In this document: piece after piece, positions 1-9,076 of the stretch
How positions within the stretch are numbered: the stretch's first letter is position 1
Layout of the letters: each line of letters begins with the position of its first letter
Assembly: GCA_047614605.1 (NCBI GenBank)
Contig: JBLHHD010000001.1
Span: 1-26,613 of the forward strand
Length of the DNA stretch: 26,613 bases
Reading direction: 5' to 3'
From: Alteromonadaceae bacterium
GTDB taxonomy: Bacteria > Pseudomonadota > Gammaproteobacteria > Enterobacterales > Alteromonadaceae
Program-made: the position numbers and the translations under genes
The notes under the pieces: model-generated
The model's database searches: none
Told to the model about the DNA's origin: nothing
What the model saw: only the letters and a program-made list of their open reading frames with translations

Positions 1-11
1 CTACAAAAATG

Positions 12-36
12 AAAAAACCGACTTGCGTCGGCTTTT
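12..36 (-). terminator. Rho-independent terminator downstream of the membrane-protein gene
   Basis: The minus strand reads GCCGAC-GCAA-GTCGGT-TTTTT: a GC stem, GNRA loop and U tract. The closing pair works only as G:U on the minus strand, which fixes the orientation. Confidence 0.7.
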
Positions 37-132
37 CCCCCCTGCTCCCAGGGATCGTAATGTCACGCGTGGGTGCAGGGTCAGCGGTTAATCAAACTAT
101 GATTAATTTTAAGTACTTTTGCAAGCAATAAT

Positions 133-1458
133 TTAATTGTTTTGCACTGCTTTTACTTTTCGTTCGTTGCGTAACGCCATAAAGAATAGACCTGACAACA
201 CCAGTGTAACTAGGGGCAACGATACCAGCGGATGATCAACATTGAACATCGTTAAATCATATAGCCATTCGGCCACCGGGATATCGATAAATAAAGTGAT
301 TAACCAGCCGATAAATACCAGCATAAATACGGGCAAAAGCCCATACATCAGCAGGGCAAAGGCAACAAAAAAGAGCATGATTTTATCATCTTTATAATGG
401 GTGAGTTTATCCGCCAGCTTGTCACCACCAACCCGTAACGAGGCCGCTATCATTGCCAACAACAAATGCAAAGCGGTGGGGATGATCGTGGTGACAACCA
501 TTAAACCCACAAACAAACCTTTACCCCAAGGCTCGTCGCGAGCATTAAGCGCATGTAACTGCCAGTTGATGTTGGCCGCTGAAAACAGCCCATAAACCTC
601 ATTAAGGCCCATCGCCGTAAAGGGCAATAATGTACATAAACAGACCAACAACAACACAGCAATCATAAAGTCTTTAATGACATGGATAAGGGCTTGACGG
701 GCTGTGGCGGTTTTATGGATGACCTGTTGTAAAAAATAACGGCTCCAATACCAGGAGATAAAATCAAGTAAAGCGTTAAGTAAAGGCAGGGTGATAAAAA
801 CAACTAATATGGTCAGGCTGCCTGTATAATTGCCAGCGACAGCGACAAAGGTACCTAAAAACCCTGCAACAGTGATGGTTAAAATACTGCTTAAGCTAAA
901 CCCAAAGGCCCAAAACAACAAGCCACAAACCCCCCCACACAACAGTCTGTAAACTATCTCTGCCACTTTGGCTGGTAATTTAATTCCACCCCATTCAGTC
1001 CCTATAAGCTGCCGAGCGCGGGCCTCTATCGTTTCACTGTTTTTAACGGTAAATACAAGCCACCCAAACCCAGCGGTAAACCCCAGCCAATAAACAATCC
1101 GCCCATGTTGCTCTGCAATAACAGGCAACAAAGCATAACCTGAAAATAAATGGCTACCCCCTGCTATCCACGCCAGCATAAAAGCCAGCAGCGGGTAAAT
1201 TAAAGCCAATAAAAAGCCAACTGAAAAGGCTTTAAAGGCTAGTGCTTTACCAAAGATACCTTCGAGCTTTAGCAGTGTTAGTTCGATGAACCCTTGATAA
1301 CGCAGCCAGAATGGTTGCTTTCGCAGTCGGGGTATCCACTTTTGACGGGTCTTTTTATCGGCCAGTTGAATGGCGATAAAAGCAGTAATTGTAAAAGTGA
1401 GCGCCAATAAGCCAATTAGGGGCGTAAGCCATCAAGGTGCTGTAGCAGGAGAGGACAT
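133..1458 (-). CDS. Uncharacterised polytopic membrane protein (~10 TM segments), interrupted by an in-frame TGA at 1434-1432; the called ORF 133..1407 starts at TTG
   Basis: 424-aa ORF with many hydrophobic stretches. An in-frame ATG at 1458 has a GGAG RBS 7 nt upstream and reads MSSPATAP*WLTPLIGLLALTF, with a single stop between it and the ORF. Confidence 0.7.
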
Positions 1459-1620
1459 TAACAGGCTCCAAAAATTATTAATATTATGGGTGCAATCCAG
1501 TGTGCTGTTTTTTGGGGGATAAGGCAAGCCCATGTAAAAGGATGTTTTTGTTCTTCTCCTTGACCTCGGTGACTCTAATACCGTTTACATTAAATGAGTG
1601 GTTAATCTTACACCCCGACG

Positions 1621-1642
1621 GATAAATGGCGCAGCCATTTCA
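1621..1642. repeat. REP-like hairpin GATAAATGGCGCAGCCATTTCA, with an inverted copy at 10951-10972
   Basis: 22-bp exact reverse-complement match. Internal stem AAATGGC/GCCATTT. Confidence 0.7.
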
Positions 1643-1783
1643 AAGAACACTGCCCTATTGCCCTATCGGACTACTCCGACATGTCGGATACGCGGCGGGA
1701 TTGGTCCGACACTTCGGCTTCGCTGCTGCCGCTCAAGTAGAACATGATATAAATCCCCCTGCCACAACGACCCCAACCCCAAA

Positions 1784-1826
1784 AACATACGTATGCATCG
1801 ACGCTAAAATACTGCATACGTATGCA
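1784..1826. promoter_or_regulatory. Two tandem palindromic operators upstream of the glucan operon (LacI-family type), with a -10-like TAAAAT (1805-1810) between them
   Basis: AACATACGTATGCA (1784-1797) and the perfect palindrome TGCATACGTATGCA (1813-1826), centres 29 bp apart. A central CG is typical of LacI-family operators; the regulator identity is inferred. Confidence 0.7.
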
Positions 1827-1892
1827 AGGCGTTGCTGTCCACAGGCCAAATGGCGTAATTTATAGCCATCTACACTTTACAGCGTTGACCGT

Positions 1893-2735
1893 ATGACGAT
1901 CCCAAATCAAGCGCCTTTAACCTCGGGTAAATTTAAACGCCGGGTGTTGCAACACATCAATTATACCCTTGGCACCCACTCTGAGGAAGCCAGTAAAGAA
2001 GCTTGGTGGCGGGCGACCTGTTTAGCCGTTAACCTGCACCCCAGAGTGTTTATCTTTGGCGCCAAAGCGGCTCCGGGTTATTACCTGGCTAAAGAGATCA
2101 TTTATGCCATCAACAAAGTTGGCGAAAAACTCATTCCGGCAGCTGATGTGTCAGAGCAAATCTCTACCGCCGGTAAAGAAGCGTCGGGCACCGGTAATAT
2201 GAAGTTGGCACTGAATGGCGCCTTAACCATCGGCACCCTCGATGGCGCCAATATTGAAATGGCCGAAGCGGTGGGCGAAGATAACACCTTTATCTTTGGC
2301 AATACCGTTGATGCGGTTAAGGCTTTGGATAAACACGGTTATCAATCGAGTCATTACGACAAGCAAAACAGCGAAATTAAAGCCTGTCTCGACTGGCTGG
2401 ATACCAACTACTTTACTGTGGGCAGCCCCGGCGAATTGTCGGCGATTAAACGCTCTTTGCTTGATACAGGTGACCCTTACAAAGTATTGGCTGATTATGA
2501 AGCCTACAGCGAAGATCACAAAAAGATTGATGTGGCGTATAAAGATAAAAGTCGCTGGGCTAAAATGGCCATCATCAATACCGCCAAAATGGGCAAGTTC
2601 ACCTCTGATCGCGCCATAACGGACGATGTTAACAACATTTGGCACCTCAAACCTTTGCCTTGTAAAGTTCAAGCTCGACCTAAACCTAAGTCTAAACCTA
2701 AACCTAAACCTAAAGTAGAGCAGGAGAACCACTAA
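1893..2735 (+). pseudogene. glgP: Internally deleted glycogen/maltodextrin phosphorylase (GT35), 280 aa, reading frame intact
   Basis: N-terminal phosphorylase segment (...WWRATCLAV) fused directly to C-terminal-domain motifs [39 protein letters not shown] (PLP lysine), TLDGANIE and GKFTSDR. It lacks GNGGLGRL and KRxHEYKRQ; full-length enzymes are ~800+ aa. Confidence 0.85.
2679..2714 (+). repeat. Hexanucleotide microsatellite, 6 x (C/T)CTAA(A/G), encoding [12 protein letters not shown]
   Basis: cctaaa cctaag tctaaa cctaaa cctaaa cctaaa, read directly from the sequence. Confidence 0.95.
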
Positions 2736-4630
2736 TGATCAGCGAAAACGGCCAACTCAGCGATTTTGATCTGCATTTGTTGGGTGAAGGCAAACATGCC
2801 AAAGCCTATGACACACTCGGTGCTCATATGGTCGAAGTTAACGGCATAAAAGGCGGGGCCTTTGTGGTTTGGGCACCTAATGCCAGCGAAGTAGCGGTAG
2901 TGGCTGACTTTAACCACTGGCAAGCGGACCAACACTTGTTAACCAATCGAAATGGCATTTGGTCGATTTTTATTGCGGGTGTTCAGCCCGGTAATCATTA
3001 CAAATATGCGATCAAGGACAGTCACGGCAATGCATTACCTTTAAAAGCGGATCCTTATGGTCAAAGTGCGCAAAAACGTCCTGAAACGGCATCGATATTA
3101 TGCGAAACACCAGCACTTAACTGGCAAGATCAAGACTGGATGGGCAAACGTCAATTACGTAATGCCCGTGATGCGGCGATCAGTATCTACGAAGTGCATT
3201 TAGGCTCGTGGCAACGTACCGACGACAATCAGTTTATGAATTATCGTGATATTGCCGACCAACTGGTGCCTTACGTGCTGGCTATGGGCTTTACTCACCT
3301 GCAATTGATGCCCGTCAGCGAATTTCCGTTTGACGGCTCCTGGGGTTATCAGCCGGTGGGTTTGTTTGCCCCTAGTAGTCGTTTTGGCAGCGGTGAGGAT
3401 TTTCAGTATTTTGTTGATTGTTGTCATAAAGCTGACATAGGTTTACTGATAGACTGGGTGCCGGGACATTTTCCTAACGATGCCCATGGTTTGGCCCAGT
3501 TTGACGGTACTCATTTGTATGAACATGCCGACCCTAAGCAAGGCTTTCACCCCGATTGGAATACCCTGATTTACAATTATGGCCGCACAGAAGTGGCTAA
3601 CTTTTTAACCGCCAGCGCGATGATTTGGCTCGACCGTTACCATGTTGACGGTATTAGAGTCGACGCCGTGGCATCGATGTTATACCTCGATTACAGCCGC
3701 AAAGAGGGCGAATGGGTGCCTAACCATCTGGGCGGTAACGAAAACCTTGAAGCCGTGGCCTTTATTAAACAATTTAACGACACTTTGTATCGCGATCATC
3801 CGGGAGCCTTTAGTGTGGCCGAAGAATCTACCTCATGGCCGGGTGTTTGCCGACAAACCGGCGATGGCGGATTAGGGTTTGGCTATAAATGGAATATGGG
3901 CTGGATGAACGATACTTTGCAATATATGCAACGTGACGCCATTCACCGCCAACACCATCATCATGAGCTGAGTTTTGGTCTGGTTTACGCCTTTAGCGAG
4001 AATTTTATTCTCCCGTTAAGCCACGACGAAGTGGTACACGGTAAAGGGTCGTTACTGGCGAAAATGCCCGGTGACGAATGGCAACAATTCGCCAACTTAC
4101 GCGCTTATTACGGCTTTATGTGGGCACATCCGGGTAAAAAGCTGCTATTTATGGGCTGCGAATTTGCTCAGGGCAAAGAGTGGAACCATGATGTGGCACT
4201 TGACTGGTTTCATACCGAGCAACCCCTGCATCAGGGGGTACAGCAACTGGTGAAAGACTTAAACCAACTTTATCGCTCAACCCCCGCTTTGTACGAAAAA
4301 GACTGTGAAGCGGCAGGATTTGCGTGGATTGACGATGAAAATGCCCAACAATCGATGTTCAGCTTTATTCGTTATGGTAAAAACAGCGATAAACCCGTTG
4401 TAGTGGTGTGTAACTTCACTCCGCAAACCCATCAACTGTTGACCTTAGGCGTACCAGCACCGGGCTTTTACCGGGAGGCGTTTAATAGCGATGCGGCTAT
4501 TTATGGTGGCAGTAATCAGGGCAATATGGGGGGCGTTACTGCACAAAATGAAGCCTGTAATGGTCAACCCCACAGTTTGACCATTACAGTACCACCGCTG
4601 TCAACCAGTGTATTTGAGTTGACGGTATAA
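2735..4630 (+). CDS. glgB: 1,4-alpha-glucan branching enzyme (GH13), short form of 631 aa
   Basis: Catalytic motifs [14 protein letters not shown] and LSHDEVVH, plus WGYQP and YEVHLGSW. The start overlaps the previous stop (TAATG). Confidence 0.97.
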   Translation: MISENGQLSDFDLHLLGEGKHAKAYDTLGAHMVEVNGIKGGAFVVWAPNASEVAVVADFNHWQADQHLLTNRNGIWSIFIAGVQPGNHYKYAIKDSHGNALPLKADPYGQSAQKRPETASILCETPALNWQDQDWMGKRQLRNARDAAISIYEVHLGSWQRTDDNQFMNYRDIADQLVPYVLAMGFTHLQLMPVSEFPFDGSWGYQPVGLFAPSSRFGSGEDFQYFVDCCHKADIGLLIDWVPGHFPNDAHGLAQFDGTHLYEHADPKQGFHPDWNTLIYNYGRTEVANFLTASAMIWLDRYHVDGIRVDAVASMLYLDYSRKEGEWVPNHLGGNENLEAVAFIKQFNDTLYRDHPGAFSVAEESTSWPGVCRQTGDGGLGFGYKWNMGWMNDTLQYMQRDAIHRQHHHHELSFGLVYAFSENFILPLSHDEVVHGKGSLLAKMPGDEWQQFANLRAYYGFMWAHPGKKLLFMGCEFAQGKEWNHDVALDWFHTEQPLHQGVQQLVKDLNQLYRSTPALYEKDCEAAGFAWIDDENAQQSMFSFIRYGKNSDKPVVVVCNFTPQTHQLLTLGVPAPGFYREAFNSDAAIYGGSNQGNMGGVTAQNEACNGQPHSLTITVPPLSTSVFELTV

Positions 4631-6822
4631 TGAATAATATGACTTCGAAGCCCTATCCACTGGGCGCAACTTACGACGGGCAGGGCACCAACTTTGCCTT
4701 GTTCTCGGCTAATGCCGACAAAGTTGAGCTGTGTTTGTTTGACGCCGATGGTGTTCAAGAGGTTCAGCGGATTGTTTTACCTCAATGCACGCATCAGGTT
4801 TGGCATGTTTACTTACCTGCGGTTAAACCGGGTAGTTTATATGGTTATCGGGTGCATGGCCCTTTTGAACCTCATCAGGGGCACCGTTTTAACCCGGCAA
4901 AATTGTTACTTGACCCTTATGCCCGGCAACTTCACGGTGAGCTAGTGCCCAGTGATGTTCATTTAGCTTATGACAAGCTGAGTTTACAACGAGATTTAAC
5001 CCTGGATTGTCGTGATAATGCGGCGTTTATGCCCAAGTGTGTGGTGATTGCGCCGCTGGCTAAAATCAGCGTTGATGACAAACCTCGTATTGCGCATACC
5101 GAGCGGATTATTTATGAATTACACGTCAAAGGTTACAGTCGTTTAAACAGCCAGCTGCCAGAGCCTTTACGAGGCACTTATAAAGGGCTTAGTGATGAGT
5201 CAGTACTGGATTATCTCACTGATTTAGGCATTACCAGTGTCGAATTATTACCGGTTCATGCCTTTGGTAACGAAACGTTTTTAGCCGAAAAAGACTTATC
5301 TAATTTCTGGGGTTATAACAGTCTGTCATTTTTTGCGCTGCATAATCGTTATGCCAGCGATAATTCAGTGATTGTTGCAGAGTTTCGCCAAATGGTGGCT
5401 GCTTTTCATCAGCGTAATATCGAAGTTATTTTGGATGTGGTCTTTAACCACACGGCAGAGGGTAATGAACTGGGGGCAACTTATAGCCTTAAAGGCATCG
5501 ATAATGCCAGTTACTACCGCTTAAACAGCAAAGACTCGCGTTTTTATGAAAATTATTCAGGTTGTGGCAATACCCTTAACGTTCAACATCCGCGTGTATT
5601 ACAACTGGTGATGGACAGTTTACGTTATTGGGTCGAGACCATTGGTGTTGATGGCTTTCGCTTTGATTTAGCCACTATAGTGGGTCGTGATAATGACGGT
5701 TTTGCCCCCGATGGGCATTTTTTCCACTGCGTCCGTCAGGACCCGGTATTGGCTGGGGTTAAGTTAATCGCTGAACCCTGGGATATCGGTCCTGATGGCT
5801 ACCAACTGGGCCGTTTTCCCAGCAATTGGCTCGAATGGAATGATCGTTTTAGAGATACCACCCGACGCTTTTGGCGGGGTGATAAAGGATTGTTGCCAGA
5901 ATTAGCCCGACGCTTACACGGCTCCAGTGATTTGTTCGAACAAAAAGCCGGACGACCTTGTTCGAGTGTTAATTTTGTCACCAGTCATGATGGTTTTACC
6001 CTGGCCGATTTGGTGAGTTTTGCCCAGCGGCATAACTACGCTAATGGCGAAGATAATGAAGATGGTCACAAGACGACCTTTAGCGCCAATCATGGTGTTG
6101 AAGGGCAAACCGACGACCCGACAATAATTCAATTGCGGGCACAGCAACAGCGTAATATGCTAGCAACCCTATTTTTGGCTCAGGGTACACCGATGCTGTT
6201 AGCGGGTGATGAATTTGGCAATTCTCAGGCTGGCAATAATAATGCCTATTGTCAGGATAATGAGATTAGCTGGCTACAATGGGATAAAAATACCCCTGAA
6301 CACGATGACTTGCATTCGTTTGTCCGCCGCTTAATCAGCTTACGTAAAGCGCACCCATTACTTAATCGCAATTATTATCAGCATGGCGATAAAAGCTCAC
6401 CGGTATTGGCCTGTCCAGATTTGAGTTGGTGCCATTACAGCGGTCGACAGATGGTTGATGATGACTGGCATAACAGCGATTTGCAGTGTTTGGCGATGTT
6501 ATTGGCTAATACTGCTGTGCCAGATCAAAAAGCTGTGCCATGTGAAAAAGCTGAGCCACAGCGCGATAGTTTGGCCCTGTTGTTGATTTTTAACGCCAGT
6601 ATTGACGAAGTTCGCTTTAAATTACCCGTATTTACCCACCAGCCATGTCGCTGGCAGTTATTGCTTGATACTTCGATGACGAGCGAAACGCTCGACTTTG
6701 CAGACAACGGTGACGATATACTCATTCCTGCGCTTTGCTCACTGGTACTTAGTGCCCAGGAGCCCAGCGGTACACAATCTATACATAAGAAACAAGAGAA
6801 GTATTCCCATGACGCTACTTAA
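4630..6822 (+). CDS. glgX: Glycogen debranching enzyme (isoamylase type, GH13)
   Basis: N-terminal PYPLGAT..G.NFALFS, then NFWGYN, GFRFDLA, IAEPWD, VTSHDGF and GNNNAYCQDNE. TAATG coupling to glgB. Confidence 0.97.
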   Translation: MNNMTSKPYPLGATYDGQGTNFALFSANADKVELCLFDADGVQEVQRIVLPQCTHQVWHVYLPAVKPGSLYGYRVHGPFEPHQGHRFNPAKLLLDPYARQLHGELVPSDVHLAYDKLSLQRDLTLDCRDNAAFMPKCVVIAPLAKISVDDKPRIAHTERIIYELHVKGYSRLNSQLPEPLRGTYKGLSDESVLDYLTDLGITSVELLPVHAFGNETFLAEKDLSNFWGYNSLSFFALHNRYASDNSVIVAEFRQMVAAFHQRNIEVILDVVFNHTAEGNELGATYSLKGIDNASYYRLNSKDSRFYENYSGCGNTLNVQHPRVLQLVMDSLRYWVETIGVDGFRFDLATIVGRDNDGFAPDGHFFHCVRQDPVLAGVKLIAEPWDIGPDGYQLGRFPSNWLEWNDRFRDTTRRFWRGDKGLLPELARRLHGSSDLFEQKAGRPCSSVNFVTSHDGFTLADLVSFAQRHNYANGEDNEDGHKTTFSANHGVEGQTDDPTIIQLRAQQQRNMLATLFLAQGTPMLLAGDEFGNSQAGNNNAYCQDNEISWLQWDKNTPEHDDLHSFVRRLISLRKAHPLLNRNYYQHGDKSSPVLACPDLSWCHYSGRQMVDDDWHNSDLQCLAMLLANTAVPDQKAVPCEKAEPQRDSLALLLIFNASIDEVRFKLPVFTHQPCRWQLLLDTSMTSETLDFADNGDDILIPALCSLVLSAQEPSGTQSIHKKQEKYSHDAT

Positions 6823-9001
6823 TCAGTTGGCCGCTTTGGTTGGCATTCAGGCCGGTTATACCGATGCCGCCGGACAATCGGTGCAAACCAGTGACAGATC
6901 CCGAGACGCGATATTAAGCGCCATGGGGTTTACCCTTGACGACGAGCAACAAACGCAGCAGGACATTATTCGTCTGCGCGATAGCCAGTGGCTTGAAGTG
7001 TTAGCACCAGTAAAAATCATTAAGGCCGAAGATGATCAATATAGCATCGACTTTACGGTTAACTTGGCCGATATGGATGTCTCCAGCGAGTTGATTCAAT
7101 GGCAAGTCACCACCGAAGACAACCAGCAACACAGCAGTCAGCAAAACTTGTCCGCACTCGAATTAGTGGGTCAAAAAACCATTGATGATCAGCAATACAA
7201 CCGCTATCGCCTGAATATGATGACCTTGGCGCAAGGTTATCATGACCTGAGTGTTAGCCTGGCAGGGCAAAAGTATCCGTGTCGTTTAATTGTCGCACCA
7301 CAGACCTGTTACGGCCCCAAGGATGCCGCTGATTTTAAAATGTGGGGATTGGCTGCGCAGCTTTATTCGTTGAAAAAAGAGGGTGGCTGGGGCATCGGTG
7401 ATTACGGCGATTTAAGCACTTTAGTGGACAAAGCCGCTTCTGTTGGCGCATCGGTGATTGGGCTTAACCCTTTACACCCTTTGTATCCGGGTAATCCGGC
7501 TCATCGCAGCCCGTATTCACCGACCAGCCGTTGCTTTTTGAATAGTCTGTATATTGATGTCACCAAGGTTGATAACTTTGACGACTGTAAAGCGGCGCAA
7601 AAAGTGGTTAACTCTGACGAGTTTAAAACTCGCCTGGCTGAGTTAGATAACGCTGAACTGATTGATTATGCCGCCACGGCCCAGTGCAAATATCAGGTGC
7701 TAGAATTGTTGTATGAGCATTTTCATCGTAACCAGGTTAAAAAAGACACCTCATTAGGTCAGGCTTTTGCTGATTTTAAAACCAAAATGAGCGACGATCT
7801 CTATACATTCGCCACTTTTGATGCGTTATACGAGCATTTTAGAAAGAAAGACTTTAATGCTTATAGCTGGACTAACTGGCCGTTGACTTATCATGATCCA
7901 AAAAGTGAAGCCGTGGCTAAATTTCAGCTGCGTAATAAGCGCAGAGTCGATTATTTTATGTATTTACAGTGGCTGGCTGACAGTCAGTTAGGCGCGGCGG
8001 CAGAGCAAGCGAAGCAAAGCAAGATGGCAATTGGTTTGTATCTTGATTTGGCCGTAGGTTGTGATGGTGGCGGTGCTGAGGTATGGGCAGATAAAGACGC
8101 TTATGTCTCCGGTGCTGCGGTAGGTGCGCCACCTGATCAGTTAAATTCAATGGGGCAAAACTGGGGGCTGACGCCGATAAACCCGGTGGCGCTTAAAGCC
8201 AAAGCGTATCTGCCGTTAATTAGTGCGCTTAGAAGCAACATGCGTTATGCCGGTGCATTGCGAATTGACCATGTATTTGGCCTGATGCGTCAATACTGGG
8301 TGGGTCCTGGACTGGCCGCAACCGAAGGGGCGTTTGTGACCTTTCCGCTGGATGATATTTTGCGTATTATTGCGCTCGAATCCCGCCGGGCCAGCTGTGT
8401 GGTTGTGGGTGAAGATCTTGGGACAACACCCGATGGATTTGGTGAGATCATGGCACAGTCTGGATTATTGTCTTACCGGGTATTGTATTTTGAACGCTGG
8501 CAGTCTGGTTTATTCCAGCGCCCAGAGAACTACCCAGAGCAATCAATGGTGACCGTATCGACGCATGATATGCCGACCTTGGTAGGCTGGTGGACTGGTA
8601 AAGATTTAGATTGGCGTGAACAGCTTAACTTGTATCCGCAGGTCGAAATGGCGCAACAAGAGCGGGATAATCGGGTAACGAGTCGCGAAATGTTGTTAGA
8701 TGCTCTGAGGGATGCGAATGTGTTAAGCACCGATCAGCAACCGTTGACCTCGCCACCACAGGCTAATCCGCAATTAACTCAGGCGGTACAGGCATTTTTA
8801 GCCAAATCGCCAGGGCGTATCCAATTAATTCCACTCGAAGATGCGATTGGTTTACAAGAACAGGTTAATATTCCGGGCACTATTGATGAGCACCCGAACT
8901 GGTTACAGCGTTTGCCACATACCATGGAAGAATTTTGGCAGAACGAAGGGTTAAACGACCTAATGGACGTAATGCAACGCGAACGCCCTTTAGGCGTTTA
9001 A
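6809..9001 (+). CDS. malQ: 4-alpha-glucanotransferase (amylomaltase, GH77), 730 aa
   Basis: Motifs SPYSPTSR, LYLDLAVG, LRIDH, GEDLG and STHD. The start is re-assigned to ATG 6809 (purine-rich AAGAGAAG upstream, short overlap with glgX) instead of 6698. Confidence 0.95.
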   Translation: MTLLNQLAALVGIQAGYTDAAGQSVQTSDRSRDAILSAMGFTLDDEQQTQQDIIRLRDSQWLEVLAPVKIIKAEDDQYSIDFTVNLADMDVSSELIQWQVTTEDNQQHSSQQNLSALELVGQKTIDDQQYNRYRLNMMTLAQGYHDLSVSLAGQKYPCRLIVAPQTCYGPKDAADFKMWGLAAQLYSLKKEGGWGIGDYGDLSTLVDKAASVGASVIGLNPLHPLYPGNPAHRSPYSPTSRCFLNSLYIDVTKVDNFDDCKAAQKVVNSDEFKTRLAELDNAELIDYAATAQCKYQVLELLYEHFHRNQVKKDTSLGQAFADFKTKMSDDLYTFATFDALYEHFRKKDFNAYSWTNWPLTYHDPKSEAVAKFQLRNKRRVDYFMYLQWLADSQLGAAAEQAKQSKMAIGLYLDLAVGCDGGGAEVWADKDAYVSGAAVGAPPDQLNSMGQNWGLTPINPVALKAKAYLPLISALRSNMRYAGALRIDHVFGLMRQYWVGPGLAATEGAFVTFPLDDILRIIALESRRASCVVVGEDLGTTPDGFGEIMAQSGLLSYRVLYFERWQSGLFQRPENYPEQSMVTVSTHDMPTLVGWWTGKDLDWREQLNLYPQVEMAQQERDNRVTSREMLLDALRDANVLSTDQQPLTSPPQANPQLTQAVQAFLAKSPGRIQLIPLEDAIGLQEQVNIPGTIDEHPNWLQRLPHTMEEFWQNEGLNDLMDVMQRERPLGV

Positions 9002-9013
9002 AAACCGTTGTTA

Positions 9014-9036
9014 TTGGTGCGCACATTGCGCACCAA
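9014..9036. repeat. Perfect 10-bp-stem hairpin between malQ and the amylase gene (REP-like)
   Basis: TTGGTGCGCA-CAT-TGCGCACCAA; no U tract follows. Confidence 0.65.
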
Positions 9037-9076
9037 ATCCCAAACCCCAAAAAACCTAATGGCAAACCAATTAACT

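Noticed and set aside
1432-1434. Genome-wide TGA=Trp recoding or selenocysteine insertion
   Set aside because: TGA terminates the immunity gene at 20989, TGG is used for Trp throughout, and a Sec residue in a TM leader is implausible.
1626-1865. 79-aa plus-strand ORF
   Set aside because: It runs across the hairpins and operators of the promoter region, has no RBS and no protein-like features.
2679-2714. Telomere-like TTTAGG repeats
   Set aside because: Only six units, in frame within a bacterial ORF; a simple microsatellite explains it.
2223-2732. 169-aa antisense ORF with RFRFRF
   Set aside because: It is the mirror of the glgP remnant and its hexamer repeat.
6698-6808. N-terminal extension of malQ
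   Set aside because: It lies inside glgX; ATG 6809 has the RBS-like sequence and gives a normal MalQ start.
9008-9076. N-terminal extension of the amylase
   Set aside because: The lipoprotein signal is canonical only from ATG 9077, and the extension crosses the intercistronic hairpin.
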